NCBI GenBank assembly: GCA_964588165.1
Contig: CAZPMS010000002.1
Coordinates: 15,951 to 79,950 of the forward strand
Length of the DNA: 64,000 nucleotides
Reading direction: 5' to 3'
DNA from: an uncultured Gammaproteobacteria bacterium
GTDB lineage: Bacteria > Patescibacteriota > Patescibacteriia > UBA1558 > UBA10009
Part shown: piece after piece, positions 7,732 through 17,092 of the stretch
How the letters are laid out: each line of letters begins with the position of its first letter
How positions within the stretch are numbered: position 1 is the stretch's first letter
Position numbers and translations under genes: made by a program
Notes under the pieces: model-generated
What the model was told of the DNA's origin: nothing
Database searches by the model: none
The model's input: only the letters and a program-made list of their open reading frames with translations

Positions 7732-8664
7732 TCATTTTTGGGGAAATTTTTGTTTTGGTTGGCGTTTATTTAATACAGCCAAAAATATCAGAACCACTAT
7801 GGCTATTGCAAATAACCAGAAGTTTTTATACCAAGCCTTAGGGTAAGTTGCCGGCAAAGTAATTAGTTTTTGGTTTCCGGCTTTATCCACGGCTTTTATT
7901 CTGATTGTCTTATCCAGACTTTGATACTTTAGCAGGTAGGGGCTAACAGCTCTAGTGTATGGCCTTAAGCCTTCACTGATTTCGTAATAATCAATACCGG
8001 AGTTTTTATCATGAGCCATAAAAACCAGAAAATATTTTCCATCAAAAATAGAATCATCTTTAGAGATATATGGATCAAATGATTCAGGGGGGTAGTCGTC
8101 TTCAACTGGGGTGTAAGATGGTAGCGTAGCTATATCTAAAATTTCAAAATCAAATGGGCTAAGGGCTAGCTGGGCTGGCGTACCAAGGCCATCATTAAGT
8201 AAAACTCTAGCTTGGTTAAGGCTAAGATTGGCTAAGCCTAAATTTTTTGCCTTAAAAATAATATCAAATACTTTACCAGGCCTATAACCTTGGTAGTAGG
8301 GGCTTAAAATTCCTTTAGAGCCACCAGGTGTAATGCCACTAAAATTTATTTGGCATATATCTTGGCATTGGTAAATAGGCTTTTGGATCCATAAAGCAAT
8401 AATAGAGCCTCCTTCATTTATTTCTATTAACTCCAATAAATTATTATCAAAAATAATTTTTCCTTCAACAGCATTAATTAATTCATTTTGAGTATCTAAC
8501 ATTAGACTAACTTTAAATAGCTGCTTTTTGGCTGGTTTACTATTTTCAGCCTCAAAAAACATAGTGGCCGCCAGTAATTTATTAGAAACAAAAAACAAGC
8601 CTGCTATTAAAATGACCAATAAAAGATATTTATTTATTTTAAATTGTGGTTTATTATTTTTCAT
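7732..8664 (-). CDS. Hypothetical surface protein with an N-terminal signal/anchor and a C-terminal TM anchor.
   Basis: N-terminus KYLLLVILIAGLFFVS. C-terminus WLFAIAIVVLIFLAVLNKRQPK. Last gene of the co-directional cluster. Confidence 0.45.
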   Translation of the reverse strand: MKNNKPQFKINKYLLLVILIAGLFFVSNKLLAATMFFEAENSKPAKKQLFKVSLMLDTQNELINAVEGKIIFDNNLLELIEINEGGSIIALWIQKPIYQCQDICQINFSGITPGGSKGILSPYYQGYRPGKVFDIIFKAKNLGLANLSLNQARVLLNDGLGTPAQLALSPFDFEILDIATLPSYTPVEDDYPPESFDPYISKDDSIFDGKYFLVFMAHDKNSGIDYYEISEGLRPYTRAVSPYLLKYQSLDKTIRIKAVDKAGNQKLITLPATYPKAWYKNFWLFAIAIVVLIFLAVLNKRQPKQKFPQK

Positions 8665-8676
8665 TTTTAAAATAAA

Positions 8677-9621
8677 TTAACTTGTCCAGTAATATGCCAT
8701 TATACTAAAATCCACCAGATCAATTTTACCGTCATTATTTAAGTACTCTGCTTCAATTTGGGCAAACTCTTCATTTAAAGGTTTATTGTACCAATAAGCC
8801 ACTATAGAAAAGTCAACTAAGTTAACTTGGCCGTCGTTATTAACATTGCCTCTTATAAACACATTCTCTTCCATTAAAATATTTTCGGTACCCACCTCAA
8901 AACCGATATTATAACTGTAACCGCTGACCATTTGGTTATTTATGGAAGCTCGGGATTTAGTGTTATGGTGCCCATAGTCTAAGATTGATGTATCAAAATT
9001 ACTTAAATAGATGCCATTGGTATCAGAACTGGTGTAGGCAAATTGTTCAATATCTGAATTAACAGCGATAGTAATATCAGCCAAGGGAGTAGTTTGGCCA
9101 AAGATAGCCAGATTATCACCTCTTTTTACTTGGCTTTTATCTATTGTAATGGTAGGAGAAATAAATACTCCGCTAACTGTAGTAATAATGCCTTGGGATA
9201 CAGTTATAGGGTAGGTTAAAATATTAGATCGCCGTTCTTCTTCATCATGGCTATAAAGAGAAAAGATATAGTTGCCAGAAGACAAGCCAGTTACATTTAT
9301 GGAAAAATTGGCGTCTGCTCCGGAAATGGTAGTGGCTATTACTTGGGTATCTTTTAATAGAGTTACTATGCTTTGAGGATAAGCTTTGCCAGTAAATATT
9401 ACACTGGTAGCCGGGGTGTTATAGCCTCCGCCACCGCCTCCTCCGCCACCGCCTCCTCCGCCACCGTTTTCTTCTTCCTCTTCTTCAGGCTCGGCTACTG
9501 TGGCGGAAACATTAACTGTTCCTTGTTCAGCTAAAACATAGTTTTGGGTAAAACCGAAAATAGTTAAAGAGATTACTAATAAAAAAATAGCAATTAATTT
9601 ATTTTTTTTGCTATTCTTCAT
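8677..9621 (-). CDS. Secreted protein with a Glu/Gly-rich linker and two C-terminal dockerin-type repeats.
   Basis: Signal peptide present. EPEEEEEENGGGGGGGGGGGGGG linker. C-terminus NVNNDGQVNLVDFSIVAYWYN...LNNDGKIDLVDFSIMAYYW, which fits the dockerin DxNxDGxIxxxD pattern. Confidence 0.6.
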   Translation of the reverse strand: MKNSKKNKLIAIFLLVISLTIFGFTQNYVLAEQGTVNVSATVAEPEEEEEENGGGGGGGGGGGGGGYNTPATSVIFTGKAYPQSIVTLLKDTQVIATTISGADANFSINVTGLSSGNYIFSLYSHDEEERRSNILTYPITVSQGIITTVSGVFISPTITIDKSQVKRGDNLAIFGQTTPLADITIAVNSDIEQFAYTSSDTNGIYLSNFDTSILDYGHHNTKSRASINNQMVSGYSYNIGFEVGTENILMEENVFIRGNVNNDGQVNLVDFSIVAYWYNKPLNEEFAQIEAEYLNNDGKIDLVDFSIMAYYWTS

Positions 9622-9633
9622 AAAATTAATTTA

Positions 9634-10647
9634 TTACTTTAAACCTCGGACTTTATTAATAATCCATTGATTATATTTTTTAAGCCCTTTTCTTAAAATA
9701 TAACCCGCTACCACTATTACTATAACCAATAAGCTTAAAAGTTGCCAAGGAAATACAAAGAAGTAATAACTATCTTGAGCCGTTTCTTTAACTTTTCTGC
9801 CATATTCCAAACTTAACTTAGCTTTGTAGATGCCAAAAGTAAAATCTTGCCATTGTTTTTTGGCAATTTGGAAAAAACCCTCAGCATTTTCTTTAAGTTC
9901 TTGATCTTCTATTTTAGGTTCCCAATCAACAGTGAACTTTCTTATGCTGCCGGGTAAAATATTGCCTTCAGAAGGATTGGCCAATAGTTCGGCAGCTGTT
10001 AAACCAATGGAGTTTTTTATTTTTAATTCACCGATCGGTTTTAACCTATCTCCGCCTTGGTTTTTAAAGCGGTAAATAAAAGAAATTGGCAGGCTAGTAA
10101 AAAATCTTTTATTATCTTTAGTACTAAATTCTAATAAGCCGCCGCCTTCGGAAATATTCTCGCCTACCCTTAGAAGGATTAAAATACCCACTTTGGCACC
10201 AACAGAAACTTGGGTTCCCCCTTGTTGTTGTGGCGGGGAAGTTCCCCAAAAAATGGCAGCAAAATAGCCGCCGTTTTCAGTATTATTTGGAACTCTAATT
10301 TTATATTTAATTTCTTTTTGTTCGCCGCCTTTTAAAGTAATTTGGCTGGGAGCCTCTATCCATGTAGCTAAACCTTCTGTAGCTATAGTAAAACTGGGTG
10401 TGCCTTCTTCGCCTTTAGATTCAAAATTTTCAAAAGTAGAATAGAAAGTTTTTTCTTCCAACTGTTCGTTTAGCAATAAGAATTTGCCTTCATATATTTT
10501 TCCGGCATCTGTAAACACTTCAATTCTAGGAGGAGAAACGGTTAATGCCTGAACAGGTCCTGCTAATAAAGATAACCCTAAAAATAGAATTAAAGTGAAG
10601 AGAAAATATTTCATTATGGTAATAAAAATATATTTATGTAATACCAA
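9634..10647 (-). CDS. Cell-surface protein with a signal peptide and C-terminal TM anchor (DUF916/DUF3324-like architecture).
   Basis: Signal peptide, roughly 300-aa beta-rich ectodomain, C-terminal TM LLSLLVIVIVVAGYIL followed by a basic tail. Confidence 0.45.
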   Translation of the reverse strand: MVLHKYIFITIMKYFLFTLILFLGLSLLAGPVQALTVSPPRIEVFTDAGKIYEGKFLLLNEQLEEKTFYSTFENFESKGEEGTPSFTIATEGLATWIEAPSQITLKGGEQKEIKYKIRVPNNTENGGYFAAIFWGTSPPQQQGGTQVSVGAKVGILILLRVGENISEGGGLLEFSTKDNKRFFTSLPISFIYRFKNQGGDRLKPIGELKIKNSIGLTAAELLANPSEGNILPGSIRKFTVDWEPKIEDQELKENAEGFFQIAKKQWQDFTFGIYKAKLSLEYGRKVKETAQDSYYFFVFPWQLLSLLVIVIVVAGYILRKGLKKYNQWIINKVRGLK

Positions 10648-10691
10648 GACTTACATTAATAAATTTTTGTTTTTTTAGCAAGTCTGTTGTT

Positions 10692-13223
10692 TTAGTAGTT
10701 GGCGGTGGCTACGAAAGTCAAGGCTGATGTATAAGTTCCGGAATCAGTATTGGAGGCAATATTGGCCAGGAAAAAGACATCATAATCTGTAGTAGCTGTA
10801 GCGCTGGAGGCTGAAGCAACTTGATCAGCAGCCGATTCTCCGTCGTAGGCATAATTGGCCGTATCATAAGGTGAAGAAGCTGTACCGCTACCGCCTGATG
10901 CAGATAATTTAATGCCAAACTGTTCAGAGCCAGCACTTGGAGCGGTTGCGCTTCCACCAATAGCCGTTATTGTATCACCATATGAATTTGTTAAAGTTGG
11001 CCCTTCTATAGTGATAGTATAACCATTGGTGGCGCTACTGGAAGCGGATAGAGTGTGAGCTACGGCCTCTGTGCCGCTGCCATCCAAGTCTCCTGTAGCA
11101 TATCTTGAATTACCGCTGTCTAAAGTTCCAAAACCAATAGTATTATCAGAAATGCTAAAAGTTAAAGTTTGAGGATTTTTTATGGTGGTAGTATTATTAA
11201 TGGCTACAGCAGTGCCAGGTGTTACAGAACCAGTAGCAGTAACTTCAGAAGAAGGGTCAGTTATTTCTATTAAGATAGTTTCATCAGCCGAAGCTCCAGA
11301 TTCAACATCCAAAACTATATAAGCACAAATTTGCGAGGTGCCAACGGTCATAGTGCCGGAAATGGTGGCGTCACTAGAGGAAAAAGAAGCAGCCGTGCCA
11401 AAAAGGCTTTCACCGCCATCGTAATTACACGATGCCGAAGTTTCATAATAAATGTCAACATTAGTTAAGTTTGAATCAGCATTAACCGTTCCGGTCTCAC
11501 TAATAATAATTTCTGTCACATCGGTACTGCCAGTATCTCTAATTAAGGTAAAAGCTCCTCCAATATATATATCTTCAGTAGGGTTTACGGCATAGCCGAT
11601 TTGGTTACCGGTAGTTCCGACAGTAATTTCTCCGCTAGCCTGTAGAGTGGTAGAACTGGGGATGGCTTCAGTTCCGGAATCGATGGTGCCAGTATTAACT
11701 GTTATTTCATTAGGCGGATCAGTAATTTCTATATCAATAACTTCACCAGCAGAAGCTCCGGCACCTACATCTAAAATAATATAAATACAATCTTGATTTG
11801 TGTCTACGTGTAGGTTGCCCGTTACCACAGCATCTTCTGAAGCATCAAAGGCGGCATCAGTGCCAAAAAGAGTTTCACCGCCACCGTAACTGCAAGAACC
11901 AGTTTGCTCATAACGAATATCCAAGTTAGCTAGATTATTTTGGGCGCTAACATCACCAGCTTCACTTACAGTAATTGATGTAATAGTTCCGCTACCGCCA
12001 TCAGCTACAATAGTAAACCAGCCGCCAATATAATTATCAGTAGAATCAACGTTAAGGTTAGCCACTTGATTATCAGCCGCTGTTAAAGTAAAAGAAGGCT
12101 CAGCTACAGTGGTTGAACCGGCAATAGCTACTGCTGTACCTGGAGTCACTGCATCAGTAGCTGTTACTTCTGAAGAAGGATCAGTAATTTCTAATTCAAT
12201 AGTTTGAGAGTCAGAAGCTCCAGGCCCTAAATTATATTCCACATAAGCACAAACTTGAGAAGTGCCTACGCTCATAGAACCGGTAACGGTGGCATTTTCT
12301 GAACCATCAAAAGCATTAGCTGTACCAAAAATCGTTTCATCTCCGTTATAAGTACAGGTAGCAGCCGTTTCATAACGAATTACAATGTCTTTTAAATTGG
12401 TTTGGGCGCTAAAAGTGCCATCAGTTTCGCTCAGAACTATTTGGGTTACAGTATCGCTGCCGGTATTTGTAACAAAAGTAAAAGCCCCGCCGGCGTTATT
12501 TACATTGGAACCGGTATAAACAGTGCCGGTTTGGGTGCCGGTGGTGCCAACAGTAATTTCGGGGCTTATAATATCTATTTGAGCACACCTGTTGGTTGAA
12601 TATTCGTGCACTCCGGTTAAGCTAATATAGTAAGTTGTGCCATATGCAGCATTGCTGGTAACTTGGAAACCCCATTCAAGTTCTGAAAATTCATAAGGGC
12701 TATTATCAATACTGATAGTTTGTGAATTGGCGCTGTTATCAATTTGTGAGCCAGCTACAAAAGAAGCAGTTGCCGGGTCGGTAATCCCGCCATCCAAGGA
12801 TACATTTGTGGTATCGCTGCCGCTGGCAAGTTGAGTATCGTACATACAAAAAGGATGGACACCGCAACTGCCACTAACTGGAATAGCCGTGAAGTCGGTG
12901 GTACAGTCTGAATTGGTGCCGTAAGTAACTCCAAAAGAAACACCATTGGCGTCTTTGGTGCCGGTATTGTGGACTAAATGCCTTACTCTAAGAACCTGCC
13001 CTCTATCTATACTGGTAGTAGCTGTATTTTCAGCAACGCCCCAACTGGCATTAACTTCATTTCCATCATCATTACGCCAACGATATGCTTCTAGATCTAA
13101 ATTTGCTACACCTGAGGCTAAAATAAATTCTAAATTTAAAATGGTAAAAAAACCAATAGCGATAACTATCACTAAAGTTGCTATAATAATTGTTTCTTTA
13201 TTTTTTTTATGATTTGTAAACAT
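10692..13223 (-). CDS. Large Thr/Gly/Ser-rich surface adhesin-like protein with an N-terminal TM anchor and three tandem domain repeats of about 140 aa.
   Basis: Repeats of the form ...DIRYE(T/Q)..(S/T)C.Y.GGE(T/S)(I/L)FGT..AF..SE....TG...V.T.Q.C.Y.....G.GAS......IEITDPSSEVTAT..VTPGTAVAI occur three times. A T8 tract lies at codons 5-8. Confidence 0.6.
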   Translation of the reverse strand: MFTNHKKNKETIIIATLVIVIAIGFFTILNLEFILASGVANLDLEAYRWRNDDGNEVNASWGVAENTATTSIDRGQVLRVRHLVHNTGTKDANGVSFGVTYGTNSDCTTDFTAIPVSGSCGVHPFCMYDTQLASGSDTTNVSLDGGITDPATASFVAGSQIDNSANSQTISIDNSPYEFSELEWGFQVTSNAAYGTTYYISLTGVHEYSTNRCAQIDIISPEITVGTTGTQTGTVYTGSNVNNAGGAFTFVTNTGSDTVTQIVLSETDGTFSAQTNLKDIVIRYETAATCTYNGDETIFGTANAFDGSENATVTGSMSVGTSQVCAYVEYNLGPGASDSQTIELEITDPSSEVTATDAVTPGTAVAIAGSTTVAEPSFTLTAADNQVANLNVDSTDNYIGGWFTIVADGGSGTITSITVSEAGDVSAQNNLANLDIRYEQTGSCSYGGGETLFGTDAAFDASEDAVVTGNLHVDTNQDCIYIILDVGAGASAGEVIDIEITDPPNEITVNTGTIDSGTEAIPSSTTLQASGEITVGTTGNQIGYAVNPTEDIYIGGAFTLIRDTGSTDVTEIIISETGTVNADSNLTNVDIYYETSASCNYDGGESLFGTAASFSSSDATISGTMTVGTSQICAYIVLDVESGASADETILIEITDPSSEVTATGSVTPGTAVAINNTTTIKNPQTLTFSISDNTIGFGTLDSGNSRYATGDLDGSGTEAVAHTLSASSSATNGYTITIEGPTLTNSYGDTITAIGGSATAPSAGSEQFGIKLSASGGSGTASSPYDTANYAYDGESAADQVASASSATATTDYDVFFLANIASNTDSGTYTSALTFVATANY

Positions 13224-13226
13224 AAA

Positions 13227-14750
13227 TTATGTCACAAATAAATAATATTCAAAATATTTATGGGCCCAATCTCTAAAAGCTTGGCCAGCTTGGATTTGCC
13301 AGAGCTGGGCTGGGTTATAATCATCGGTTAAAATTAAAGAAGTATTTGGGGGAGTAAGCTTAAATATGTCGGTTCTTAAAATTTCTTGGTATAGATTAAA
13401 ACATTCAGGAGTAGGGCAGTTATTTTCTATGGCTTCATCTAAATTATCCGGCAGATTAGAGCCGGCAAAGAAAATAATATTAGTCCAATTTTCCTGACTG
13501 TCTGCCATGGTGATTATTTTTGGAAAGGCTTGCTGTAAAGTTAAATAAAGTGATTGGCTAAATTGTGAATTTAAAAAACCAAGTGTATTAATGGCTAAAA
13601 TCCCTTGCGGCGTTAATTTATTTTTTATTTCTTTAAAGGCCTCCTGGCTTAATAGATGAATGGGAATTTGTTCACTGCCAAAGGCGTCAATTATAATTAA
13701 GTCATATTTTTTTTCTGTTTTATTTAAAAAATAACGGCCATCAGTAAAATATAGGTTAAATTCTTCTGAAGAAAAGCCAAAATAATCAGTGGCTACTTTT
13801 TCTACCTTAGGATCAATTTCTACAATATCACTAATAATTCCTTGCTTTTTAAGATCTCGGGGGATAATTCCAGCTGCTAACCCGATAACTAGGGCATTTT
13901 TGGGCTGTGGCATTAAATAAGCTGCCATCTGCATTTCATTAGTACAGGGTAAAGAACTTTGACCAGTGTTTTTAAAAATTCCGCTTTGATTAATACCATC
14001 AATTAAAAAATAACGTACCGGCCCTTTATCAACTACTTGGATTTCTCCGTAAAAACTGGGGGTTTTAAAAATTAATTTACTTTCTTGGGTGGCTGTTGAT
14101 TTATAGGTAGGTACCAGCATTAATATTGCCATTAAAATTAAACCGCCAGCCAGTTTTAGAAAACCTTTATTTATTAAGAGCCAAACAAAAGCGGTTATCA
14201 GCAAGACTAAAGCAGCAAGGCCGAATATTTTAGTTATGCCAAAATTGGGAATTAGTAAAAAACCGGTTACTATAGCTCCGGTAAGTGATCCTAAGGTAGA
14301 TATGGCATAAAGATTGCCAGCTGTTATGCCTAAGTAATCTAGGGCTTCGGTTTTTATTTTTACTGCCAAGGGGGTTACCATGGCCAGTAATAAAAGAGGC
14401 AAAGCAAATAAAATAAAGCTGGCAGCCAAAGGGCCTTGGATCATGCCAAAACGAGCCGACCAAAGTAAAATCCAGGCGTCTATTTTAGGGATTATTAAAA
14501 CAAATAAGCCGCTTAAGAAAATAATCAGGTAAAGATTTTTTAGATAAGGTTTTTTATCTGCAATGCGGCCACCCCAAAAATAACCTAAAGCCAAACAGGC
14601 CATGGTAATGGTTATTAAAGAACTCCAAACATAAATGGTAGTGCCGTAGAAAGGGGCTAAAATTCTGGTGCCGGCAATTTCTATTACCATGATTACGGCT
14701 CCGGTTATAAAGAGGGTAAGATATAAGAAATATTTATTAAATAGTTTCAT
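13227..14750 (-). CDS. Polyamine aminopropyltransferase (spermidine synthase)-like domain fused to an N-terminal multi-TM domain.
   Basis: Several N-terminal TM helices. C-terminus LVIGLAAGIIPRDLKKQGIISDIVEIDPKVEKVATDYFGF...KKYDLIIIDAF is a PABS/SpeE-like fold. Confidence 0.7.
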   Translation of the reverse strand: MKLFNKYFLYLTLFITGAVIMVIEIAGTRILAPFYGTTIYVWSSLITITMACLALGYFWGGRIADKKPYLKNLYLIIFLSGLFVLIIPKIDAWILLWSARFGMIQGPLAASFILFALPLLLLAMVTPLAVKIKTEALDYLGITAGNLYAISTLGSLTGAIVTGFLLIPNFGITKIFGLAALVLLITAFVWLLINKGFLKLAGGLILMAILMLVPTYKSTATQESKLIFKTPSFYGEIQVVDKGPVRYFLIDGINQSGIFKNTGQSSLPCTNEMQMAAYLMPQPKNALVIGLAAGIIPRDLKKQGIISDIVEIDPKVEKVATDYFGFSSEEFNLYFTDGRYFLNKTEKKYDLIIIDAFGSEQIPIHLLSQEAFKEIKNKLTPQGILAINTLGFLNSQFSQSLYLTLQQAFPKIITMADSQENWTNIIFFAGSNLPDNLDEAIENNCPTPECFNLYQEILRTDIFKLTPPNTSLILTDDYNPAQLWQIQAGQAFRDWAHKYFEYYLFVT

Positions 14751-14868
14751 AAAAAATAATTTGGCACTATAAAAACTGTGGAAAAATATTTTCGCTTATT
14801 TATAATAATATTTACTATATTATAACATAAAATTGACTTTTTTATTTTAGTTAAAATATGCTATTATT

Positions 14869-15975
14869 TTGAATATGAAAATATTAGGTATAGAAACATC
14901 ATGTGATGAAAGCGCAGCTGCGCTGCTTCACGTATCACATAACACATATCACTTATCCAGTAATATTGTTTTATCGCAGATAGATATTCATAAAAAATAT
15001 GGTGGCATTGTGCCAGAGGTGGCAGCACGGAAACATGTTGAGTCAATTATTCCTGTTATTGAAGAATCCATTGGTAAGCAAAAACCGGATTTAATTGCTG
15101 TAACCTATGGTCCTGGTTTAATTACTTCGTTACAGGTTGGTGTGCAAACAGCTAAGACCTTGGCTTACATTTGGCAGGTTCCTTTAGTTGGGGTAAATCA
15201 TTTGGAGGCTCATCTTTGGAGCTTTATTTTGAATGAAGAAAGACGAGTGAAGAATGACGTCACACGTCACACGTCACACGTCAAACAATTTCCGGCAGTT
15301 GGTCTAATCGTATCAGGCGGGCATACGGAAATGGTTTTAGTAAAGGGAATTGGCTCGCCTCGATTCCCGTCCCGACTCGGTCGATCCGAGGCAAACGACG
15401 AAGCGGGCAAGTATAAATTGATTGGCAGAACCAGAGACGATGCAGTAGGCGAAGCTTTTGATAAAGTGTCTAAGATGTTAGAAACTGGTTACCCGGGCGG
15501 ACCGATTATTAGCCACTTTGCCAAAAAAGGCGATCCAGCAAGTATAGATTTTCCTAGACCGATGATAGATAGTGACGATTTTGATTTTTCTTTTTCCGGT
15601 TTAAAAACAGCAGTTAAGTATCATCTTAAACAAATGCCTAAAACCGGCAATTTAAGCCAGGCTTTTATAAATAATGTTTGTGCCAGTTTCCAAAAAGCGG
15701 TAATTGATGTTTTAGTTAGTAAAACCATTAAAGCTACAGAAAAATATAAGGCCAAATCAATTATTTTGGGCGGGGGAGTTAGTGCCAATGAAAATTTAAT
15801 CCATAATCTATTATCCATAACCAAAAAAAGGGAGATAGACTTTTATTATCCAGAATTAAAATTTACCGGTGATAATGCGGCTATGGTGGCTTTGGTAGGC
15901 TTCTTAAATAAAAAATCTGCCAAGAAAAATAATTGGCAGAAGTTGGTGGCCGAAGCAAATCTTAAGTTGGTTTAG
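14869..15975 (+). CDS. tsaD: tRNA N6-adenosine threonylcarbamoyltransferase TsaD (Kae1/YgjD family) carrying two in-frame repeat-encoded insertions.
   Basis: MKILGIETSCDESAAAL...VNHLEAH...SGGHTEMV...DDAVGEAFDKV...GYPGGP. Extra segments ERRVKNDVTRHTSHVKQ and SPRFPSRLGRSEANDEAG are encoded by repeats at 15255-15285 and 15352-15412. Confidence 0.9.
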   Translation: MNMKILGIETSCDESAAALLHVSHNTYHLSSNIVLSQIDIHKKYGGIVPEVAARKHVESIIPVIEESIGKQKPDLIAVTYGPGLITSLQVGVQTAKTLAYIWQVPLVGVNHLEAHLWSFILNEERRVKNDVTRHTSHVKQFPAVGLIVSGGHTEMVLVKGIGSPRFPSRLGRSEANDEAGKYKLIGRTRDDAVGEAFDKVSKMLETGYPGGPIISHFAKKGDPASIDFPRPMIDSDDFDFSFSGLKTAVKYHLKQMPKTGNLSQAFINNVCASFQKAVIDVLVSKTIKATEKYKAKSIILGGGVSANENLIHNLLSITKKREIDFYYPELKFTGDNAAMVALVGFLNKKSAKKNNWQKLVAEANLKLV

Positions 15976-16367
15976 ATAACCCGCTTATCATCAACTTTTT
16001 TTACTGATTTACTTTTTTTAGAGGTAAGTTTTTTTATTAAATCAGAAAAAAGTAAGTTGTCTTTACTCTTATCAAGCAGAAACAGAATACCGATTAAAAA
16101 CAGCGGGCCGGTAATAATAAAATAAGCAATAAAGTCAGCATCACCTTTGGTTAGAATAATATAAAAGATGCCCAAGGCAATAAAACCAAGCTTGCCAACT
16201 ATTTGATTTTTCCAAGCCAGGATGGTTATCAGCAAAATAATTGCCCAAACTCCGCTTTCTATTAAGGTTTCCCAAGAAAGGCCATGTGAAAGGAAAACAA
16301 AGCTCATCCAAAAGAGAGTGATTAAAGCGGATAATATTCTTGGGATCCAATAAAGAAATTTTTTCAT
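15972..16367 (-). CDS. Hypothetical integral membrane protein
   Basis: Four hydrophobic helices with a K-rich C-terminus. Confidence 0.4.
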   Translation of the reverse strand: MKKFLYWIPRILSALITLFWMSFVFLSHGLSWETLIESGVWAIILLITILAWKNQIVGKLGFIALGIFYIILTKGDADFIAYFIITGPLFLIGILFLLDKSKDNLLFSDLIKKLTSKKSKSVKKVDDKRVI

Positions 16368-16369
16368 TA

Positions 16370-16738
16370 CTAATTAGCAGTTATAAAATAAACCACCAAA
16401 CCGGCTAAAACTAAAATTCCTAAAATAATTATTATGGATTTTTTTAGTTTTTTCTCCGGTTCTGTTAGGTCATTCCAAGTTCGGCGGTTTTGTTTCCATT
16501 TGCTTTTATTAGCTAGCCCAATAACCAAAAAAACTACTCCTAAATAAAATAAGCTATTTAAGCTGTATTCTTTGGTAAATAAGGAAGGCACACCAATTAA
16601 GGTCCAAATTAAACCAATTACAAACAGAGAATAATAGTCGGTTGGAGTTTTATATTTCCTTTTTATGAAAATAAATATTGCCAAAAATACCAATAGCACG
16701 ATACCGACCGAAATCATCAGCCAAGGGATTGTTTCCAT
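16370..16738 (-). CDS. Hypothetical integral membrane protein
   Basis: Several TM helices. It is tightly packed against its neighbours. Confidence 0.4.
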   Translation of the reverse strand: METIPWLMISVGIVLLVFLAIFIFIKRKYKTPTDYYSLFVIGLIWTLIGVPSLFTKEYSLNSLFYLGVVFLVIGLANKSKWKQNRRTWNDLTEPEKKLKKSIIIILGILVLAGLVVYFITAN

Positions 16739-16744
16739 ATTATT

Positions 16745-17062
16745 TTATTTTAAGTTAATTAATACTAAGCCAATTGCAATAACAATTATACCGGCAATTT
16801 GGATAGGGGCAATGGTTTCTTTAAAGCCAAAGTAGCCCACTATGGTAACTACAATTACCGAAATAGCAATCCATAAAATATTGGTAATGGCGGCGCCTTC
16901 GTATTTTAAAGAAAGGGCAAAAACAAAACCGGCGCCGCCAAACAGCAAAACTGTTAAAATAAGCAATAGTGGATTTTTGCTAACACTGTAGAATTTAGCA
17001 GATAAAACACCGCCTAAATCAAGTAGAGTAATTATAGAAATGTAATACCAAAAGGGGCTCAT
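16745..17062 (-). CDS. Small 4-TM membrane protein, SMR/DMT-like
   Basis: 105 aa. C-terminal segment GFKETIAPIQIAGIIVIAIGLVLINL resembles TM4 of EmrE-like transporters. Confidence 0.45.
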   Translation of the reverse strand: MSPFWYYISIITLLDLGGVLSAKFYSVSKNPLLLILTVLLFGGAGFVFALSLKYEGAAITNILWIAISVIVVTIVGYFGFKETIAPIQIAGIIVIAIGLVLINLK

Positions 17063-17092
17063 TAATGTATCTTAACATATTATTAACTTTTT

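Noticed and set aside
9424-9466. Possible CRISPR-like short repeats (ccgccaccgcctcct tandem)
   Set aside because: They lie inside a coding sequence, where they encode a poly-Gly linker. There are no spacers and no cas genes. I saw no CRISPR array anywhere in the window.
10692-13223. 843-aa protein as a type IV pilin
   Set aside because: There is no G/FTLIE prepilin cleavage motif after the N-terminal basic segment. I treat it as a TM-anchored adhesin instead.
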